DNA of 64,000 nucleotides from Eledone cirrhosa. Its lineage: Eukaryota. The notes beneath the pieces are model-generated. The model did not search any database. It worked only from the letters and a program-made list of their open reading frames with translations, and was not told the DNA's origin. Shown here in pieces: positions 15,311 through 30,493 of this stretch (its first letter is position 1; each line of letters starts with the position of its first letter). Made by a program: the position numbers and the translations under genes. The DNA lies in the NCBI GenBank assembly GCA_964016885.1, contig OZ024741.1, positions 345,278,001 to 345,342,000 of the forward strand. The letters are read 5' to 3'.

Positions 15311-18300
15311 ATGCAAAAGTTCTATTTAAAGTGTTGGGATACAACAAGCAAATATTTTTATAACTGATATAAAGCACTCGACAAGTATTTGGAGTAGATA
15401 TACGATATTAACAAATGGAAACTATATTTATAAAACCATATTTATTTCATTATACATATTTCAAAGATACCAAGTTAAATTATGGTATGCCTTCATCAGA
15501 CAAAATACAATATATACCAGTTTTATAAATAAACATTGACGTACCCTTTCAAAATGCGACCATTACTTTTGGACGACATCAGGATAGTGGTTTGTTTATT
15601 TTAGTAAGTTGTTGTGTTAAGGATAAGTAAAAAGACGGAGAGATAGAGAGAAATGTGGAGAAAAGAAAGGGAGAGATAAATAAAGAAAAAAGAAGAAAGA
15701 AAAGAAAAAAGAAAAAAAGAAAACAGAGGAAAACAACAGAGAGATATCAAACCACCAGACAGAGAGAAAAAACTCAAGAGAGTGACATACAGAGATAGAG
15801 AGAGGGGGAGAGAACGAAAACCTTAAGTCATGTCATATTAAGTTGAGTTAACATTTGAGATGAAATGAATAAATAAAATTAGAAATATTAATATTCATGA
15901 ATGGAATATACATATATAATATGAGAAATTAATCATTGTTTAATTATGATTAGATATTTAGTTTAAAAATTGAGATCAATATATTAAAAATTGGAATTTA
16001 AACATTACAAAATATATATATTGGTAGAGAAATTACCTATCGTATATCACGAACACATAGGCAAAGATACATAAATATATATATACACACACACTCGGAA
16101 AATACACATTATATCTACTCCAGCATATAACATATACATACAAAGCATAAGTGATTTATTTTATTACTGCTATACATTCCTTGTGTTATTAAATAAAATT
16201 TTTTAGTATATATATATAAATATATAGGATTAACTTTCATGCATTTATGGCTGTTAAATTATGCATATCTGCAATCAAAACTGCATGGGTAAGCATGCAC
16301 ACACACAATTCTTAGCTATACATATATAAATATGTGTGTGCATCTTCACCCAATTGGTAGACACGCGTCACTCATGCATATATACAGAGACATATACTCA
16401 TAAAAAAGCCTATAACACATGTATATGTATGTTAATACACATATATAAATACATAATCGTATAGAGATAAGTATACATAAATATATTACATAGTACAATT
16501 GAGTATATAAAATACAAAAGGATTATATTTTGGAAATATAATTATATCAATATAACTTAAAAGGCAAACGAATTCTACAAATATCAAAATATTAAAATAT
16601 TTTAAAATATTATAGAATATTTCAAGCTAAAATAATATGTTTAATAGATTTAGTATAGAAATTTATCTTACGTATATTTTAATCAAGATATTGAAAGGAT
16701 AAACTTTTGAAAATTATGAGAAGCTATCAGAATAAAAACAAACCTAATGAAAAATAAATAAAATATTATATCCATATAACTTAAAAAACAAGGATTCTAC
16801 AGATATCAAAATATTAAAATATTTTAAAATATTATAGAATATTTTAAGCTAAAATAATATGTTTAATATATTTAGTATAGAGATTTATCTTACGTATATT
16901 TTATTCAAGATATTGAAAGGATAAACTTTTCTAGAATAGTTTATTATATTTATATTTATATTTAGGAAGAAAATTTATACTTGAGTACTTAACCAAAAAA
17001 AATGAAAAAGGTGAAGGAATCTAATGATTTATCGACAGGTTTCATATATTAACCAAATTACTTAATTAATTATACTACATTTTAAATTTATATTTATATT
17101 TAAACGTTGAGTTCAATCTATGTCTGCAGCAACTGAATAAATTATTCCTTAAATTAAGGGAATTTTTGGTCTTTAATATAAAGAATATTTCCTCTATACA
17201 AAGATCACAATTTTCTGAAGAGGAGTTAAAAGGAGTAGCTTTTGAGATAATATTCCAAATCAGCGAATATTCAACATTATCTCGTTTTAGGTCCTATAAT
17301 AGGTTAGATAGCGAAGTTGAAGATTTTTTGTTTGGATCCGTAAAAGAGCTTTTATGATTATTGAAGCGGGATTTAAATTCTGTAGAGGTAAAACCAACAT
17401 AATTAAATGAATTTAAATTAGTTTTAACATTACAATTATAAACTACATTTTTAGCTAAGCAGTTGTTATTTAACGGACAGTTGGATTTATTTCTACAGTT
17501 ACAATTATTCGATTGGATATTGCTTGGGTTATTATTGGTATGTTGGTTAAGTTTTAAATTTCTATTATTAATTCTATTAATATTTTGCGCTAAATTTTTG
17601 GTGGAAGAGTAAGTTAATTTTATAGTATGTCTATTAAAAATTGAGTAATATTTATGTGTTCTAGGGAAGCGTTTGTCAAGAGCTTTAAAGAATAGTTTAG
17701 CAATAGGGGTTTTAATATTTAGTTAGAAAGGAGGAGCGAACCATAATATATTCCTAGTTCTATTACTTTTTCGGCTTTCGGAATTATTGTAATGTTTTCT
17801 ATTATAGTTGTTAAAATTGTTACCATAATTAAAGTTATTATTTTGGTTAGTTTGTATATTATTATTATTATCGATGTATTTAATTTTATTTCTATACCCA
17901 GCTCTACCTAACGCTTCGTTGTAATAATGCGCTTTTTCATCAAATATATTCTTATTAGATGAAATTCTTGAAATTCGTTCTTGAACAGAGTTCACTATAG
18001 TATTTTTAATGGATCTGGGGTGATTAGAGTTAAAATTGACATAATTTAAGTTCTCATTTAGTTTGTGAAATGGATAATGAAGACATGTGTTGAGATTTAG
18101 TGTTACATCTAGAAAATTGACTATTTTATGGTTATTCCCTATTTCTACTTTTAGATTAAGGTAATTAAAAAATTGTATAATTTGTTTTCTTTTTCTATTT
18201 AGTTCACAGCTATTATTTTCTATAAGTAAAAGCATGTCGTCACGATATAAGCCTCCGATTACACCTGGTATTTTTCTATGTAGAGAATTAATTATAAATA

Positions 18301-19740
18301 GGCCCACAAGGTCCGTTACCTGAGCTGAGTCTGAAGATCCCATAGTTATGTCGAAATTATTATTTCTATCTGTCCTAGTCCAGAGTTGGTTATTAAATTC
18401 TATTAATGTTTTCCGTGCCGATAATATAATGTGCATTTCATTGCTAGTTAGGTCTGTATGTTTAAATGCGTAAGTTAGTACCTTATTCAGTAGATTAGGA
18501 GTGATAGATGAGTAGTAGTTAGCAATATCCAACTGAATAAACTTATTATTATAGTTATATTTAATTTCTTTAAACCAATCGATAACCTCACTAGTCCCTT
18601 TCCATAATTTTAAGTAAGATAAATTAGGTAAATTCTTAATTTGTTGTATTATTCTGTCTAGAATATTTTTGCTAAGTCTGCCCAGGTCAGATTTAGATGG
18701 TGCAATTAATCTGACTGGTAGATCATTTTCAAAGTTTCTTTTATGATCCTTCATATTAATCTTAGGTTTCCTTGGCATGAAGGGTTGTGTTTTATTTTCA
18801 ATGTCTAGTTCATGCATTATACAAGAGGCATCTGTGTTCAGTTTTTCAAGTTCGTCCTTATTTGCTACTTTGTATTTCTTCCTTAGTTCCTTCAATATAA
18901 GGTCGTTATAAATGTCCTTTTGTATTCCGTAAAGATTATTAGTTTTGTCCGACTTGACTAGAATTTTCTCCGTTTTCTCCAAGTTTTCAATATTATCCTT
19001 AATATCTTTTAAGTAATCTTGGCCTTTGAAGTTGTTTTTGAATTTGATGCTTTGGATGATAGATATGATATCATTTTCAAAATCCATTAGTAGTTTGTTG
19101 GGGGGTGGATTTTTTTTAGATTTGAAGATTTTATCCAGATTTGAAACATTTTCATTTAGATTAGATTTATCGAAGTGGAAAGCACGCCACCTGATTCTTC
19201 TTATAAAAGAGTCTGATTTTTTTATTAATTGTTTAATAAAATCTTTATTCCTAGGTAGAGGTATGTCTTTTAGAGAAGAAGAGATCTTAAAGAATTCCAT
19301 TTTTCAGTTATAATGTAAAGCGCTCAACAATACAGGAGCAGAGTATATGCAAAAGTTCTATTTAAATTGTTGGGATACAACAAGCAAATATTTTTATAAC
19401 TGATATAAAGCACTCGACAAGTATTTGGAGTAGATATACGATATTAACAAATGGAAACTATATTTATAAAACCATATTTATTTCATTATACATATTTCAA
19501 GGATACCAAATAAAATTATGGTATGCCTTCATCAGACAAAATACAATATATACCAGTTTTATAAATAAACATTGACGTACCCTTTCAAAATGCGACCATT
19601 ACTTTTGGACGACATCAGGATAGTGGTTTGTTTATTTTAGTAAGTTGTTGTGTTAAGGATAAGTAAAAAGACGGAGAGATAGAGAGAAATGTGGAGAAAA
19701 GAAAGGGAGAGATAAATAAAGAAAAAAGAAGAAAGAAAAG
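15311..19740 (-). mobile_element. Near full-length Naiad-like PLE with two direct pLTRs (family F)
   Basis: Direct repeats of about 394 bp at 15311-15704 and 19347-19740, each with an HHR (15443-15507, 19479-19543). The ORF starts just inside the 5' pLTR boundary. Confidence 0.92.
17075..19300 (-). pseudogene. PLE RT + GIY-YIG ORF with two premature stops and a late frameshift
   Basis: SLKDIPLP, RIRWRAFHF, QLDIANYY, GLYRDD, NFLDVTL and WFAPPF. Past TAA at 17723 it continues in frame as LNIKTPIAKLFF...CNCRNKSNCPLNNNCL...VVYNC...NYVG...CDLC. Confidence 0.92.
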
Positions 19741-20239
19741 GAGTATAGTTAACATGAAGCATTGTGAGATATGTACTGATAAGATCTTCAGAAAGCCCTA
19801 CAATACAGATAGCAATATATACATAAAGGTATTATTGGAGTAAAGGATGACAAACAAAACAAAACAAAAAATGTGTTGTTGTTTTTTCTACCCTGTATAT
19901 TTCACTATAACATTTTAAAGTAAACACCTCCTTTTCAAATGAGAAAAAAAAAATTTTAAAAAAACGAAAAACTATGCGTCCTCTTCTACCGGGCCTTTCT
20001 TATGTTGTATATCTGGATTGTGCATGCGTGGAACAATCATGAAATCCACTTTGCTCCATGTAGCTCCGTTCTATTATTCATTAGTGTTTTCGTTTGTGTG
20101 TTTCTAATTAAGGCTTACTTAATTGATACATTCCCCACAATCCTTTCTATCGCGTCTATGGTGACCTCAATATCTCGGTTGCGGCATTTATTATAATTTA
20201 TTTTGACAGAGGAAACTCTCGCGGTCATATCCCCCTCGA

Positions 20240-21915
20240 TCAGTATGTGTAACATCCGGACAGGATTTCCAATATATTTCATCAATATATGACCCTGTAG
20301 ACCACATATGTTCTCCTGCGCACAATTGCGTTGTTGTTGGAACAGTCGGGAAGTGTGCATATATCGCTGTATGCATGTCGGGGTATGGAGAGTAGTCTCC
20401 CTAGGGAGGGTCCCAGGTATTCCAGTTGTATGTTAAGACCCTCCATATGGATAGCTTGTGAATGACTGTGATCGTACTCTCGCGGAAATGCGGCAGCTTT
20501 CGACAGCATATTCTATTCATATCTGTAGAGAAATGAGTGGACATGATTAGTGAAAGTGACATGGAGTTCTGAGGGGGTGACACTGGTGAACTGTGCCTCG
20601 TCTTTAGATTTACCTGTGAGGAGAACACATAGACAAACATGATCTTAGCTGTTTCTGCTCCAGTAGACCAATAAGAAGTAGATCTTTTACCATCACCTTG
20701 ATGGACTAGAAGACCTCACATGGAAAGATGGAACAGGTGGGCCAGAGTTATACGGACCCCCGAAAACCATGATCAGGCGAGAAAAATGGCCGCACACGCT
20801 GTAGGAGCGAGTACTAAAGTTACTCTAAATGGCCACATGTTTATCAGCTCCACCGCGGGGCGCAGCCAAAACACCGCGTCGCCCTAAGACCAGAGCCCTC
20901 TCTTCTGTGGCCTAAGAGTCCTTGCTTTTTCCCTCCTTTTCCTCTCAGTCGGGTCTGTCCTTCTTTACCCTTCCCCCTTTTCTTATTACTTAATATTGTT
21001 TTTATCTGTTTCATTTTTATGTAATTATCAATGGTTTTTAAGCCAACTTTAGTTCAATAACAAAACATATACCCAGGGAAAAGGGCAGTTATCGGCGTCA
21101 GTTAACCAGTTTACGGTATGGAGGCACAGGAGACTCGAGGAATATCTAGTAGAGAGTTCCATAGTCCTAACCACGTACTCTGGATGATATCAATATAATG
21201 GTAAAACAACCCCCACAAGAAAGTACCCATGAACCTAAGCTAGAAGCTAGCACCATGGAGAGCGTCCAGCAAATAGTTAATTCTATCCACCAGAGTATTA
21301 CAGTGATGATAGACTACCATACTAAGCACCCCAGCCACAGGCTACCCGTGTTAGACACAGAAATTTGGCTGGAAACTAAGAATGACAAATTGCAAGTCTT
21401 CCATTCGCACTTGCCAAACACATGGCCTCCAAATACCTGATTCATCAGAGCTCAGTATTTACAGAATATACTAAGTTCAATAAATTGATAGTGGGCCTTG
21501 TCACGTTTGTGCGACCCAACAGAGTTAGAGAGACATATACAGCACTTCATCCACCGCTCGCATTTTTTTGGATACAGCCAAAGAGACAGGATAAGAGTGT
21601 ACAAGGGGCCATGGCTAAACTCAAGAAAATCATACAGAATGATGCGAATGGGATTTACCCGCGATACAGGAGCACATCATGGAATAAACAAGGATACGTA
21701 TCACAGAAAGACAGAATAACGCCAGAAAAAAGAGGAGACAAAGAGAAGAAAAACAAATAGTTATTGAAAAGGTCACAGAATGTGTGACGAAAGTGCTTTG
21801 ACAATATATTCAATAATTAGTAATAAGAAAGGTGAAATGAAATTCAAATGACTATCCCAAAATATAACAATATCTGTTTCAACACACGATTTTACAACAA
21901 GAATCTCGCAAATAT
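20240..21915 (+). mobile_element. Degraded PLE family B copy
   Basis: Similar to 33600-35050 (HPSHRLPVLDTEIW, MASKYLIH), with a pLTR HHR at 21760-21802. Confidence 0.75.
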
Positions 21916-21937
21916 AGATAAACATGTGTGTGTGTGC

Positions 21938-22000
<63 letters not shown>

Positions 22001-22135
22001 GCATCATCTCACCTACACGAAAGTGTGCATTCTGGCCAGATGGGTTCGAATTTTAATACGAACTTAATTTTCCACTGAGTGAGTGAGGAAACGACCGAAG
22101 CTATGACCGTTCTATTCGACTTACTTCGTCTCCTC

Positions 22136-22184
<49 letters not shown>

Positions 22185-22278
22185 AGGGAATTACTGTAGG
22201 TTCACCCGGGTAAGCACTCTATGTTTAGGTTCACGTCAGTATAGTGGTGTAGAGCTAGACAGAGTGTGATATAATAAT

Positions 22279-22632
22279 GGTTTCTGATTTAGGCACAAGG
22301 CCAGTAATTTTGGGGAGGAGGGGAAAGTCGATTAGATCGACCCCAGTGTGTTACTGGTACTTTATTTTATCGATTCCGTAAGGATGAAAGACAAAATTCA
22401 CCTCGGCGGGATTTGAATTCAGACTTGGCAAAGCATGGTGTCCCATCTACTTTTGACACAAGGCCAACAATTAATTCAGTGCATTACTGGTACTTTATTT
22501 TATCGACCCCATAAGGATGAAAGGTAAAGCAAACCTCGGCGCGATTTGAACGCAGATCGTAAAGGGCCATAACTCTCTGTTACAAAGCATGTTGTCCGGC
22601 GCTCAACCGATACTGCCAATCCACCACCCTTA
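22279..22632 (-). mobile_element. Dimeric SINE with a 16-bp TSD
   Basis: AGTGTGATATAATAAT at 22263-22278 and 22633-22648, enclosing two SINE cores. Confidence 0.85.
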
Positions 22633-23054
22633 AGTGTGATATAATAATACAAGGACGAATAGTTACTCCTTCATTACGTTTATTGTTTGGTGACACACGT
22701 TTCGCTACGAGTCATTGATTACAGAGTCGGGCTAGATCAATACAGATCGAACCTTGAGCTGATCAATAGCGAAACGCACGTCACCAACCAATAAACGTAA
22801 TGAAGGAGTAACCATTCGTCCTTGTTGTATTATATATATATATATATATTCAGAGCAGAAAGACGGGCAGTTTAATCTCCTCAGCCAAAATGAGGAAACC
22901 ACTATGGTTTCGGTGAAAAAACAATTAGTGATTTCCAGATGTTGACTGAGGAGGTGGGACTGTCTTTCTGATGGTTTTTCTATTGACTTTGTCCTGTGCG
23001 CCATCTATTTTAAATTTATATATACATATACACATATATGTGTATATGTATATA

Positions 23055-23112
<58 letters not shown>

Positions 23113-23127
23113 CATATATATATATAC

Positions 23128-23174
<47 letters not shown>

Positions 23175-23203
23175 CATATATATATATACATATATATATA
23201 TAC

Positions 23204-23301
<98 letters not shown>

Positions 23302-23482
23302 AGTATATGTTGGTTGTTTACCGACACCTCAGTTTACAGATTGGAGCACTCGAGGAAGTGCGCACGTTGGTTTGGTTACTCCGGAGTAATCTAAAATAAA
23401 ATAAATAAGTCAAATATTTAAAATTTATTACTGCGTAATAAACGAAGCCAAATTTTAAATATTTGACTTATTTATTTTATTT

Positions 23483-23514
<32 letters not shown>

Positions 23515-23924
23515 TTTTGCCAGAGCCAAGGAAACATACCTTATCAGTTGAGTTTTCCTATCCAAGGAAAATTCAACTGATAAGGTATGTTTCCTTGGCT
23601 ATGACAAAATTTATATATATATATATATATATAAGTGGAAGCTTAGTAAAATCGAAGCTTTGGCTGTGGCCAAGCAAAGTCGACCTACAATAAGGAATGA
23701 GTAGCAAAGCACTCAATATGGGTAGGTCCTTAGAGTAATAACATACGTTTAGATATTTGACAAATTAAAAATTGCGGTAGGTAAAACCCAACCACACAAT
23801 ACCAAAGTAACGAAAGAACTAATCAGGTTAGAAAACAGACCTGGACAGATCGGACGATATTCTGCAATACCTCCGATATGTTTCTATGAATCCGAAATCA
23901 TCTACCCAACTTATATATATATAT

Positions 23925-24249
23925 ATTGAAGTTTTGAAGTTTCCATTGAAAATTGAAAAAGTCATAGGAGTGAAGAGTGCTCTATGTAAGTACCAGAGCT
24001 AAATTTAATGTATAATAAAGTATACAATATAATTACCTCATTACCAGAGGTTTCCCGAATAAGACGAATACAAAAAACGTCCTCATTCGTTCATCGGACA
24101 AGGCAATTTAAAACATAGTAAAATATTTGAGGAGATTTTTCAAATATTTTACTATGTTTTAAATTGCCTTGTCCGATGAACGAATGAGGACGTTTGTATT
24201 CGTCTTATTCGGGAAACCTCTGGTAATGAGGTAATTATATTGTATTGTT

Positions 24250-24250
<1 letters not shown>
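23925..24250. mobile_element. Fold-back pLTR with HHRs (24036-24103 minus, 24167-24231 plus)
   Basis: Palindrome at about 24022-24245. The HHR reads CCTTGT-CCGATGA-stem-GAAACCTCTGGTA-ATGAGG. Confidence 0.8.
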
Positions 24251-24290
<40 letters not shown>

Positions 24291-24294
24291 TATG

Positions 24295-24380
<86 letters not shown>

Positions 24381-24512
24381 CGAAGCTGAATATCACGCAA
24401 AGCGAACAAGTCTGTGATGAAATACTAAACAGTAAATAGAGGAATTCAATGTGTGTCTGTTGATCGAACACATCGAACAGATATTTATTGAAGCCGACGT
24501 GAGACCTAGTCA

Positions 24513-24565
<53 letters not shown>

Positions 24566-24924
24566 ATGGTGTTGTCGTCGGTTATGTTGTTGTTCTGATG
24601 GTGGGGGCGGGGGGGCTGGTGAAGGTGGTGTATGTATTTGTGGTGGTGGTGGTGGATGTGTTGGTGGTGGTCGTGTTGGTGGTTGTGGTGGTGGTGTTGG
24701 TTGTCGTGGTGGTGGTGGTGGTGTTGGTGGTGGTGGTGGATGTGTTTGTGGTGGTGGTGTTGGTTGTCGTGGTGGTGGTGGTGGTGGTGGTGTTGGTGTT
24801 GGTGGTGGTGGATGTGTTGGTGGTGGCGATGGTGTTGGTAGTGGTGGTGTTGGTGGTCGTGGTGGTCGTGGTCGTGTTGGTGGTTGTGGTGCTTGTTATG
24901 ATTGTTGTTTTTATCGTCTTTATT

Positions 24925-24984
<60 letters not shown>

Positions 24985-25026
24985 ATAGTAGTAGTAGTAG
25001 TAGTAGTAATAGTGCTTGTGGTGGTG

Positions 25027-25114
<88 letters not shown>

Positions 25115-25169
25115 AGGTGGTGGCAGTAGGAGTAGTAGTAGTAGTAGTAGTGGAGGTGGTGGTGGTGGC

Positions 25170-25208
<39 letters not shown>
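24513..25208. repeat. Compound (GTA)n/(GTG)n trinucleotide microsatellite
   Basis: Directly visible. It explains the poly-Val, poly-Thr, poly-Trp and poly-Leu ORFs. Confidence 0.95.
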
Positions 25209-25405
25209 CTCGCTCTTGAGAGCATCAACGTCTTCAGCTCGGCTCTCTTCCAGTACCGCTGTACTAGCAGTCAAGCTGTAGACTGCAGCTAGCACGTGCG
25301 CATGTTATGACGTAATGCATGTCATTAAAAGCACTATCACGTGTCTTTCCCTGTCTCGCTTTTTCTCCTCTCTTTTCTATCTTACCTACCTCTCTCTCAC
25401 CCTCT

Positions 25406-25444
<39 letters not shown>

Positions 25445-25566
25445 CCCCACCCCCTCTATCTCTATCTCTCCCTACCCACCTTCCTCTCTTTGTTCTGATT
25501 GTAGATTTCTTTGGGAATTTATTTCGATTCGAAACCTCACACACACACACACACAAACACATACGC

Positions 25567-25614
<48 letters not shown>

Positions 25615-26032
25615 GCACATAAACACATACTTACACACACATATATACAAACACTCCTTTTCATACACACATACATACACACACAAACATACGTACATAC
25701 ATACATAGACACGCATACACACACACAAACATACATACATACATACGCACACAGACATACATACATACATACATACATACATACATACATACATACGCAT
25801 GCGCACCCACACAAAAAGGTGCGCGCGCACAATCGTTGATATGGATATATATATATATATACATTCCAATCGATAAACTAATAAATCGATCAATCCATCA
25901 ATGAAGCAATCGGTTATCGGCCGATCAATTAATCAATCAATTTATATATATAATATGGATGATCTGTTTAAATTCCTGCATATATGTCTTTACATTCATT
26001 TCCTCTCTCTCTCCCTCTCTCTTTCTTTCTCT

Positions 26033-26089
<57 letters not shown>

Positions 26090-26092
<3 letters not shown>

Positions 26093-26415
26093 TGGTAAAC
26101 GGAAAGGAAAATGCTGACAAATTGTTCACAGTGAAAAATAGTTTAATTAGGAATAAGTGAGAATTAGTAATAGTATTGGTTTTAAGTTTTACCGATCAGA
26201 GCAAACATCACGGACGCTCTATCTCAGAATTATTTTTGAAAAGCATTAGAAATGCGCAACCGGTAAAACTTAAAACCAAAACTGAATACTAACCAATACT
26301 ATTACTAATTCTCACTTATTCCTAATTAAACTATTTTTCACTGTGAACAATTTGTCAGCATTTTCCTTTCCGTTTACCAATATATCATAACTCGTGTGTT
26401 ACACCTCTATTCTTT
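26090..26415. mobile_element. Fold-back pLTR-like insertion (family J); a second copy lies at 41828-42070
   Basis: Arms at 26090-26181 and about 26290-26383, with an HHR-like motif at 26233-26268. Confidence 0.7.
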
Positions 26416-27045
26416 TAAATATATATATATATGTATATTATAAATCATGTCCTTAGAATTATTAGATAAAATATATAACATTTCCTCTCCCAATTAGCAT
26501 AATTAACCATATAAAAAATCAATTAGGCCAGGCTATAAGAATAAAGGCTCCTATGAAGAAATATTTGATAAATAACCGAAAGCGGCCTCTTCGCGGTGAC
26601 CCCAATAGAGTATTTACCCAACATTTCAACAGAATGTAGAAACTGACTAAATATACCGTCAACCATACACAATTAGGTGTAAATATATATATTAGAAAGT
26701 GAGGGTTTTTTTACAAAATGAAAAATAACCGGTGTCCTACACGAGTGAAAGTATAAAGAAAAAAGATGAAATCGAAAATGCAACTGGAGTCTTATTTAAA
26801 AAAATATATATATATGTTCTTCTGGTTTTATAATTTCACAAAGTTTTACCAATAGAGAGAGAGAATCGGTTTCTAACATAGACACAAGACTCTCTCATTG
26901 GAATTTACACAACATCAACTAGGTAGATATGTATGAATGTATGCATGTGTAGTTATGGATGTTATTGTATTGTGGATGTGGATGTTTTGAGTTGTATGTG
27001 TGCATGTGTATATGCTTTGCATCTGTACATGTGTATATGCAGTTA

Positions 27046-27410
27046 TTAGATGCACAATTTTTGGAATGTTTTACATATTTTTACTGCACCATTAATGGAT
27101 TGTACTTGTAATTTCCTAACTAGCTGTGTTCTTTCTGTTCCTGTGAAGCCTAGCTTCTCAAGATATGTATTGAGGCAGTGCTCCAATAATCACAGGCATA
27201 AATCTGAAGGTGTAATCAGGGTGGAGTATCTGCAGATTTCTAATCAGTTCTGCATAAATATTCTCCTTTTCACTAATCTTTGATATTATATTGGCATCTG
27301 CTGGGCAGTTAATTTCCACTACTGTGCATGCTTTCTTCTCCCTGTCCCATATCATAATATCTGGTCTGTTATGCCTGCATTTTATTGGGGTTTTTACTGG
27401 AACATTCCAT
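27046..27410 (-). pseudogene. Restriction-like endonuclease C-terminus of an R4/Dong-type non-LTR element
   Basis: HNRPDIMIWD...VVEINCPAD.N...EKENIY...PVIIGAL. Confidence 0.8.
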
Positions 27411-27904
27411 ATATATATATATATATATGCATGCATGCATATATGTATGTAAGTTTGTATGTATGTATGTTGACCAGTTCTCCTTTTCGGGTAGTGTTTT
27501 CGATGCTCAAAGAGTGGGAATGGTCGTGTGAAAGTCTTTTCCCCACTTAAAAAACCTTCAAAGTACAAGCGTTGCTTGTTCAGGATCTGTTACAGGTTCG
27601 TGTGGCTGGGCGTAGCCTAAAAGTGCAACATTTTCTGTAATCTGACAAGCGATTGCAGTACTCTTGTCAGACTTTGTAGCCATCATATATGTGCGTGCAT
27701 ATGCGTATATGTGTGCGTAATTGTGAGTGTGTGAATGTGTTTCAATATATTTGTTTACTGCCGTAAATCGATTTTCTTTTATATATTCTTTAAGTCGCGT
27801 AACTTTGTGGTTGAACAAATAGGGATCGATAAAATACTTGATTGAGATAAATAGTGCTCTCTTTGTCTATTACGTAGCATAAAGTCACAGGCAGCAAAGA
27901 TAGC

Positions 27905-27980
<76 letters not shown>

Positions 27981-28139
27981 TAACAGATTAAAGTTTAAGC
28001 AAAGAATCGCTGCTTTCACCCTTAATGGGATCTTCTGAAACTAACAAAGTCAATCTGAGAGCGCAGAATATTTATCCTTATCGACCCCTCTTTCGATTTT
28101 AGTCTTCAAATTTATTATTATTACTATATATATATATAT

Positions 28140-28575
28140 ATGTAAAAGTTCTATTTAAATTGTTGGGATACAACAAGCAAATATTTTTATAACTGATATA
28201 AAGCACTCAACAAATATTTGGAGTAATAATACGATATTAACAAATGGAAACTATATTTATAAAACCATATTTATTTCATTATACATATTTCAAGGACACC
28301 AAGTTAAATTCTGGTGTACTTTCATCAGATAAAATATAATATAAATCAGTTTTATAAATAAATATTGACATACCCTTAAAGAATGCAACCATTGCTGTAG
28401 GAGCTTCCAACAGCAATGGTTGCATTCTTTAAGGGTATGTCAATATTTATTTATAAAACTGCTCTATGTTATATTTTATCTGATGAAAGCACACCATAAT
28501 TTAACTTGGTGTCCTTGAAATATGTATAATGAAATAAATATGGTTTTATAAATATAGTTTCCATTTGTTAATATC

Positions 28576-28578
<3 letters not shown>
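28140..28578. mobile_element. Fold-back family F pLTR with HHRs (28272-28336 minus, 28472-28536 plus)
   Basis: Palindrome centred near 28404, homologous to the pLTRs of the 15311-19740 element. Confidence 0.88.
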
Positions 28579-28640
<62 letters not shown>

Positions 28641-28919
28641 TACGCACACACACACATCCATATATGAATATAATACTATATACATACATATATATATACA
28701 ATGATATTAAATAAATGGAAACTATATTTATAAAAACATATTTATTCTATTATATATATTTCAAGGGTACCAATACTTTGGTACGCTCTCTTCAGATAAA
28801 ATACAAAGTTTGTTTTATAAATATTGCCATAACCATGAATAGGATCTTAACGGTTCAAGTTATTCCATTTATATTTGTTGAATTACCAACAAATTAAATA
28901 TTTAAATATCCCTTTTGCC

Positions 28920-30003
<1,084 letters not shown>

Positions 30004-30251
30004 CAAGTCGCTACCTGCAGCCTCAGATATTCAGGACGTATCGAAGGGTTCTTGCTGTTCCCAGCAGGCATGCCTTTTGAAGTGTTCCAAAAAGCGGGGC
30101 TGGACTAATCTTTAACCATCCTTGGAAACTCTTTGAAATAGTACCTAGTGCGCCTATGACAATCGGGACGAGCTCGACTTCATGGCAGTTCCAAATCCTT
30201 TTTACCTCCCACTTTAAGTCCTGGTATCGGTTAAATTTTTTATTTATTATC

Positions 30252-30284
<33 letters not shown>

Positions 30285-30457
30285 ATATATATATATAGGA
30301 AAAGGTATGACCCCGACGGCAGAGCTCAAGCCGTGTCGAAACGACTTGAGCTCTGCCGTCGGGGGTCATACTTTTTCCGATTACCCACTCTACTACCCTA
30401 AGTATTGAGTACTCTGGTGTGTTATAGTCCATCCGGTTCCTTACCACAACTCCTTCG

Positions 30458-30487
<30 letters not shown>

Positions 30488-30493
<6 letters not shown>

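Noticed and set aside
24582-25295. Mucin-like Thr-rich ORF
   Set aside because: It is a trinucleotide microsatellite with a non-ATG start and no supporting exon structure.
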